Assembly (NCBI GenBank): GCA_036336835.1
Contig: JAYZFK010000081.1
Span: forward strand, 1-10,379
Direction: 5' to 3'
Source: Myxococcota bacterium
GTDB lineage: Bacteria; Myxococcota_A; UBA9160; UBA4427
DNA: 10,379 nucleotides
Each line of letters starts with the position of its first letter. The first letter of the stretch is position 1. The notes below the pieces were generated by a model. It made no database searches. It was given only the letters and a program-made list of their open reading frames with translations, and had not been told where the DNA came from. Shown here piece after piece: positions 6,245 to 10,379 of this stretch. The translations under genes were made by a program, and so were the position numbers.

Positions 6245-6272
6245 CCGACGCGCCCCCCCGAGCGCGTCTCGG
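6245..6272 (+). other. Intergenic stem-loop between ccmE and ccmF
   Basis: GACGCGC (6247-6253) pairs with GCGCGTC (6262-6268) around an 8-nt loop. No U-tract. Ends just before the ccmF Shine-Dalgarno GGAG (6278-6281). Confidence 0.4.
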
Positions 6273-6289
6273 ATGATGGAGAGTGACCC

Positions 6290-8242
6290 GTGTCCACGCT
6301 GGGCAGCTACAGCTTGCAGCTCGCGCTGCTGTTTGCCTGCACCGGCGCCGGGCTCGGCGTCTACGCCGGAATCGCGCAGCGCGACGACTGGTCGCAAGTT
6401 GCCGAGCGCTGCGTGGGTGCCGTCTTCGCCTTGATCTCGGTCGCGATGCTGGCGCTCTTCTACGCGCTCGCGACTAACGAGTTCAGCAACGCATACGTCG
6501 CCGCGCACTCGGCGCGCAGCATGGATCTCGGGTACCGCCTGTCGGCGCTGTGGGGCGGGCAGGCGGGCTCGCTGCTGCTCTGGGTGTGGATGCTGTCGCT
6601 CTACGCAGCCGGCGCGATGTATGCCAACCGCCACCACCACCGCGAGCTCGCTCCCTGGGTCGCAGCCGTCCTGCTCGGCAACGCGATCTTCTTCCTGGCG
6701 CTGCTGACCTTCTCGACGAATCCATTCGAGCTGGTACCGCCCGCCCACCGGGTCTCGGACGGCAACGGCTTGAACCCGCTACTGCAGCACCCGGTGATGT
6801 TGATCCACCCGCTGATGCTCTACACCGGCTTCGTCGGCTTTGCCGTGCCGTTTGCCTACGCCTTTGCCGCGCTGATCACCGGCCGGCTCGACACCACCTG
6901 GTTCCGCATCACGCGGCGCTGGGCGCTGTTCGCATGGGCCGTCCTGGGCGTGGGGCTGATGCTCGGCGGACGCTGGGCCTACGAGGTGCTGGGCTGGGGC
7001 GGCTACTGGGCCTGGGATCCCGTCGAGAACGCGGCACTGATGCCCTGGCTGGTGGCCACCGCCTATCTCCACTCGGTGATGATCCAGGAAAAGCGCGACA
7101 TGCTGAAGATCTGGAACCTGGTGCTGATCGGGCTCACCTATTCGTTGTGCCTGTTCGGCACGTTCCTGACACGCAGCGGCATCGTGCAGTCGGTCCACGC
7201 CTTCACCAACGCCGGCTGGTTCACGCCATTGTTCCTGTCCTACACGCTGCTGGTGTCGATCGGCTTCTTCGTTGCGCTGATCGCGCGCAGCCAGATGCTT
7301 CGCAGCACCAACCGGCTCGAGTCGGTGGTCTCGCGCGAAGCCAGCTTCCTGATCAACAACTGGCTCTTCATGGCACTGCTGATCATGGTGTTCTGGTTCA
7401 CCATGTACCCGGTCTTCACGGAACTGGTGATCGGCGAGCAACGGACCTGGGGACCCGTCTGGTACAACCTGTTCGGCTCGGTGATCGGTCTCGGCCTGTT
7501 GTTCATGACCGGCTTCGGCCCGCTGATCGCCTGGCGGCGCGCCACCGCCACGAGCCTGCGACGGCAGTTTCAGATCCCGGGAGGAGTCGGCTTCGCCACC
7601 GCGGCCGTGCTCGCCGTGTGGCTGCGCCGTGAGCCGATGGCGATCGCCTACTGGGGCATGTGCGCCTTCGTGGCCACGACAATCACGCAGGAGTACACGC
7701 AGGCCATCGCGGCTCGCATGCGCCGCGGCGAATCGCCGCTGGTCGCGTTCGCGACCCTGCTGCGCAAGAACCAGCGGCGCTACGGCGGCTACATCGTCCA
7801 CCTCGGAATCGTGTTCGCAATGCTGGGCATCGCCGGAGCGGCCTTCAATCAGGAATCGCTGGCCAACGTTCGCCCGGGGGACTCGACCGAGCTCGGCGCA
7901 TACCGCTTCGAGTACCTGACCGCCGAGCCGATTCCCAAGCAGCACTACGGCGGCGCGCGGGCGCGCGTCGCCCTGTACCGCGACGAGGAGCCGCTCGCGG
8001 TGATGGCTCCCGAGAAACGCATGTACTGGCTCGAACAGCAGCCGAGTTCGATCCCCGCCATCTACTCGACACTGCGCGAGGACGTCTATCTGATCCTGAC
8101 TGCGATCGAGCCCGATGGATCGGCCACGCTCAAGGTCTACCGCAACCCGCTCGTCAACTGGCTGTGGATCGGGATCGTGACCTTCTCGATTGGCAGCATC
8201 GTCGTGATGTGGCCGCCCCCCGTTCGTCCGCGGGAAGCGTGA
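6290..8242 (+). CDS. ccmF: Cytochrome c-type biogenesis heme lyase CcmF
   Basis: 650-aa polytopic membrane protein. WWD motif WAYEVLGWGGYWAWDPVENAALMPWL, plus ALWGGQAGSLLLW, GLNPLLQHP, IHPLMLY, AYLHS, FLTRSGIVQSVHAF, GGYIVHLG, NPLVNWLWIG. SD GGAG 8 nt upstream. Confidence 0.97.
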   Translation: MSTLGSYSLQLALLFACTGAGLGVYAGIAQRDDWSQVAERCVGAVFALISVAMLALFYALATNEFSNAYVAAHSARSMDLGYRLSALWGGQAGSLLLWVWMLSLYAAGAMYANRHHHRELAPWVAAVLLGNAIFFLALLTFSTNPFELVPPAHRVSDGNGLNPLLQHPVMLIHPLMLYTGFVGFAVPFAYAFAALITGRLDTTWFRITRRWALFAWAVLGVGLMLGGRWAYEVLGWGGYWAWDPVENAALMPWLVATAYLHSVMIQEKRDMLKIWNLVLIGLTYSLCLFGTFLTRSGIVQSVHAFTNAGWFTPLFLSYTLLVSIGFFVALIARSQMLRSTNRLESVVSREASFLINNWLFMALLIMVFWFTMYPVFTELVIGEQRTWGPVWYNLFGSVIGLGLLFMTGFGPLIAWRRATATSLRRQFQIPGGVGFATAAVLAVWLRREPMAIAYWGMCAFVATTITQEYTQAIAARMRRGESPLVAFATLLRKNQRRYGGYIVHLGIVFAMLGIAGAAFNQESLANVRPGDSTELGAYRFEYLTAEPIPKQHYGGARARVALYRDEEPLAVMAPEKRMYWLEQQPSSIPAIYSTLREDVYLILTAIEPDGSATLKVYRNPLVNWLWIGIVTFSIGSIVVMWPPPVRPREA

Positions 8243-10038
8243 TGTCCTCGAGCCGCGCGCCGTTGCTCTGCGTGTGGATCGCGTCGGCGCTCGCGATCAC
8301 CGCTGCCGCCGAGGCGCAGCCGCAGCCCGGACCGCTACCTCCAGGACCCGGCGTGGTCACGGGCCGGGTCGTCCACCCGGCAGGGCCGGCCGCGGCGGCG
8401 GGCGTGCCGGTGGTGCTGTACGCCCTGTCCTCGAGCGGCGAGCCAGGCGTTGCGAACGCAGTCTCGGACGAGCAGGGCCGCTTCGCATTCGAGGGCGTCT
8501 CGAACGACCCCGGGATGGCCTACCTGGTCGGGGCCCGCTACCGCGACATCCCGTTCTTCGGACCGCGGGTGGTGTTCGTCGAGGGTCGGACCGAGACCAA
8601 CGTGATCGTCGACGTCAGCGAACCCACGAGCGACGCGAGCGGCGTCGGGGTGCGCGAGGTGCTGGTCCAGTTCGAGTGGGTCGCCGGCCGGCTGGCCGTC
8701 CAGGAGATTCACCGGCTGCGCAGCGCGGGCAGCTCCGTCGTCGTGGTCGACGAGGCGTTGCGCGAGAGCACGCCCGCACCGTTCGAGACCCGCCTGCCCG
8801 AGGGCGCGGGCGACTTCGCGTCGCTTACCACGGCCTTCGACGACCAGATCGAGGAGCACGACGGCCGGGTTCGCTACTGGGGGCCGATCTATCCGGGCGG
8901 GCAGGACCTGCACTTCCAGTACACGCTGCCGATCGCGGGCCCGCAGACCCCGGTCGTGCTGTCGCTGCCAATGGGCACAGACGGGCTCTCCGTGCTGACT
9001 CGCGCCGGCGGACCGCGGGTTGCCGAGGCGGGCGAGCTCGGCGCGCCGCAGGAGATCGAACTCGAGGGCAATGGCTTCCGGGTCCGGCGCCTGGCGAACG
9101 TCGCGCGCGGTGCACAGGTCGGCTTCTCGATCGCCCTGCCCGCCGCCAGCTCGGACATGAGCCGTATCGGCATCGACCGCGCCGACGCGTGGATCGAGTA
9201 CGACGACGTCCAGCTCAGCGTGAATCTCCAGACGCAACTGGTCGTGGACGGCGACCAGCCGATTGCCGGCACGGACCAGCAGCCGCTGCTGCGCATCCCG
9301 CTGCCCGATGGCGCCGAGGGGGTCGAGTTGACCGGGCTCGCCGACGAGATCGGCGCGGTGGAGCGCGACGGGGCGGTCGTCGTCTACGGACCCGTCGGAC
9401 CGGGCGAGTCGCCCTTCAGCGTGCGCTTCCTGCTCGCCCCCACGCCCCAGGGCATCGCCTTCGACTTGCGTTATCCGATCGAGGTGAAGCTGCTCAATGT
9501 GCTGGTCGCCGACACGGGCATCGCGATCGAGAGCGAGCGACTGCACCGCCGCCGGCCGTTCCGCCAGGGAACCCGCGTCTACCTGCACCGCGAGGCGTTC
9601 CACCTGACGGCCGGTGAGGTGGTCCGTGTGGGACTGCGGCCGTTGCAGAGGTCGCGCCTCGGCAGCCGGATCTCGCTGGGGCTCAGCTTCGCCGGTCTGG
9701 TCGTCTGCGCGTTCTTCGTCGCCCAGCCGCTGATCCGTGTGCGCTCGACGCCGCGCCTGCCCGAGGAGACCGCGCTCTCGATCCGGCGCGAGGCGCTGTA
9801 CGAGGCCATCCGCGATCTCGATCACGACATGGAGACCGGCAAGCTCGCCGAGTCCGACCACCGCGAGATGCGCGAGGCGCTGCGCGCGCGCGCCGTCGAG
9901 CTGCTGCGCGTCGAGCGCGACAGCCCCCCCGCCAGCCCAGTCGAGCCAACACCCGGCTGCCCGCAGTGCGGCGAACCGATCGAGGCGAGCTGGACGTTCT
10001 GCTCGGGCTGCGGCACGAGGCTCGGGGACGCCGGGTGA
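8242..10038 (+). CDS. Uncharacterised ccm-associated single-pass membrane protein: signal peptide, carboxypeptidase-regulatory-like domain, two tandem ~170-aa domains, TM helix, CcmI-like helical segment, zinc ribbon
   Basis: Real part of the 7660..10038 track ORF. Start at ATG 8242 (or GTG 8239) overlaps the ccmF stop; the stop overlaps the ccmA start; 598 aa. Signal peptide ...AITAAAEA|QPQ; GVVTGRVV...SDEQGRFAFEGV...YLVGARY; TM ISLGLSFAGLVVCAFFVAQPL; RREALYEAIRDLDHDMETGKLAESDH; CPQCG-x9-CSGCG. Confidence 0.85.
   Translation: MSSSRAPLLCVWIASALAITAAAEAQPQPGPLPPGPGVVTGRVVHPAGPAAAAGVPVVLYALSSSGEPGVANAVSDEQGRFAFEGVSNDPGMAYLVGARYRDIPFFGPRVVFVEGRTETNVIVDVSEPTSDASGVGVREVLVQFEWVAGRLAVQEIHRLRSAGSSVVVVDEALRESTPAPFETRLPEGAGDFASLTTAFDDQIEEHDGRVRYWGPIYPGGQDLHFQYTLPIAGPQTPVVLSLPMGTDGLSVLTRAGGPRVAEAGELGAPQEIELEGNGFRVRRLANVARGAQVGFSIALPAASSDMSRIGIDRADAWIEYDDVQLSVNLQTQLVVDGDQPIAGTDQQPLLRIPLPDGAEGVELTGLADEIGAVERDGAVVVYGPVGPGESPFSVRFLLAPTPQGIAFDLRYPIEVKLLNVLVADTGIAIESERLHRRRPFRQGTRVYLHREAFHLTAGEVVRVGLRPLQRSRLGSRISLGLSFAGLVVCAFFVAQPLIRVRSTPRLPEETALSIRREALYEAIRDLDHDMETGKLAESDHREMREALRARAVELLRVERDSPPASPVEPTPGCPQCGEPIEASWTFCSGCGTRLGDAG
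8626..9645 (+). repeat. Degenerate protein-level tandem duplication (~170 aa x 2) inside the ccm-associated gene
   Basis: TSDASGVGV (8626) vs SSDMSRIGI (9148); LPEGA (8794) vs LPDGA (9301); EEHDGRVRYWGPIYPG vs VERDGAVVVYGPVGPG (GP at 8881 vs 9388). The last two pairs share the same 507-nt offset. Confidence 0.7.
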
Positions 10039-10379
10039 AGCTCGCACTGCAGGCACGCGGCCTGGAGAAGCGATTCGGAGCCGTGGCCGCACTGCGTGGC
10101 GTCGACCTCGATCTCGCACCCGGCCAGTGCCTGGCGGTGCTCGGCCCCAACGGCGCGGGCAAGTCGACACTGCTGCGCATCCTCGCCGGGCTCGCGCGAC
10201 CGAGCGCTGGCCAGCTGCGCGTCGCCGGCCGCGATCAGCAAGCGCTTCGGCGAGGCGCTGCGCGCGCGTTGGTCGGCTACGTCGGACACGCCACCCTGCT
10301 CTACTCCGAGCTCACGGCGCACGAGAATCTGGCCTTCGCCGCCCGAATGCAGGGCGTCGCCGAACCCGATCGGCGCGCC
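10035..10379 (+). CDS. ccmA: Heme ABC exporter ATP-binding subunit CcmA, 3' end outside the window
   Basis: Hand-translated from GTG 10035: MKLALQARGLEKRFGAVAALRGVDLDLAPGQCLAVLGPNGAGKSTLLRILAGL...VGYVGHATLLYSELTAHENL. Walker A GPNGAGKST; His at the Q-loop position as in CcmA; ccm context. Not in the ORF track. Confidence 0.85.
   Translation, partial: MKLALQARGLEKRFGAVAALRGVDLDLAPGQCLAVLGPNGAGKSTLLRILAGLARPSAGQLRVAGRDQQALRRGAARALVGYVGHATLLYSELTAHENLAFAARMQGVAEPDRRA

Noticed and set aside
7660..8238. N-terminal 190+ aa of the 792-aa track ORF
   Set aside because: Lies out of frame inside ccmF and is low-complexity Arg-rich; a signal peptide starts at 8242, directly at the ccmF stop.
9958..10014. 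CxxC pairs as c-type heme sites or a thioredoxin-like motif
   Set aside because: Both are CxxCG rather than CxxCH, have zinc-ribbon spacing and are predicted to be cytoplasmic.
8335..10322. Long minus-strand ORFs 8335..10170, 9683..10180 and 9822..10322
   Set aside because: Antisense shadows of the ccm-associated gene and of the ABC ATPase ccmA.
1446..10379. Functional link between F420 synthesis and cytochrome c maturation
   Set aside because: They are separate transcription units split by housekeeping genes on the opposite strand; nothing in the sequence supports more than proximity.
1..10379. Frequent GCGATCGC, CTCGAG and GAGCTC palindromes as a HIP1-like or repeat system
   Set aside because: The occurrences I checked are in coding frames and match preferred codon pairs (GCG-ATC-GCN, CTC-GAG, GAG-CTC); enrichment was not computed against a codon-aware background.

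Overview
A very GC-rich bacterial chromosomal window (roughly 70% GC by eye) with four transcription units and no sign of mobile DNA, CRISPR or RNA genes. (1) A minus-strand gene for a secreted beta-propeller-like protein (ATG 860, runs off the left edge, absent from the ORF track) behind a near-consensus sigma54 -24/-12 motif. (2) A plus-strand operon of a small secreted coiled-coil ORF followed by the coenzyme F420 genes cofD-cofC-cofE, all joined by 4-nt start/stop overlaps. (3) A minus-strand pair, class I/II PLP aminotransferase and engB/yihA, converging on cofE. (4) A plus-strand cytochrome c maturation operon: ccmE, ccmF, a 598-aa unknown membrane protein, and ccmA (truncated at the right edge). 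The ccm operon is the most unusual part. CcmE has CPSKF instead of HxxxY or CxxxY. The gene between ccmF and ccmA encodes a signal peptide, a carboxypeptidase-regulatory-like domain, a tandemly duplicated ~170-aa exported domain, one TM helix, a CcmI-like helical segment and a zinc ribbon. Three of the four apparent promoters predict transcription starting at or next to the start codon (leaderless mRNA). All calls are from motif reading by eye; no searches were run.
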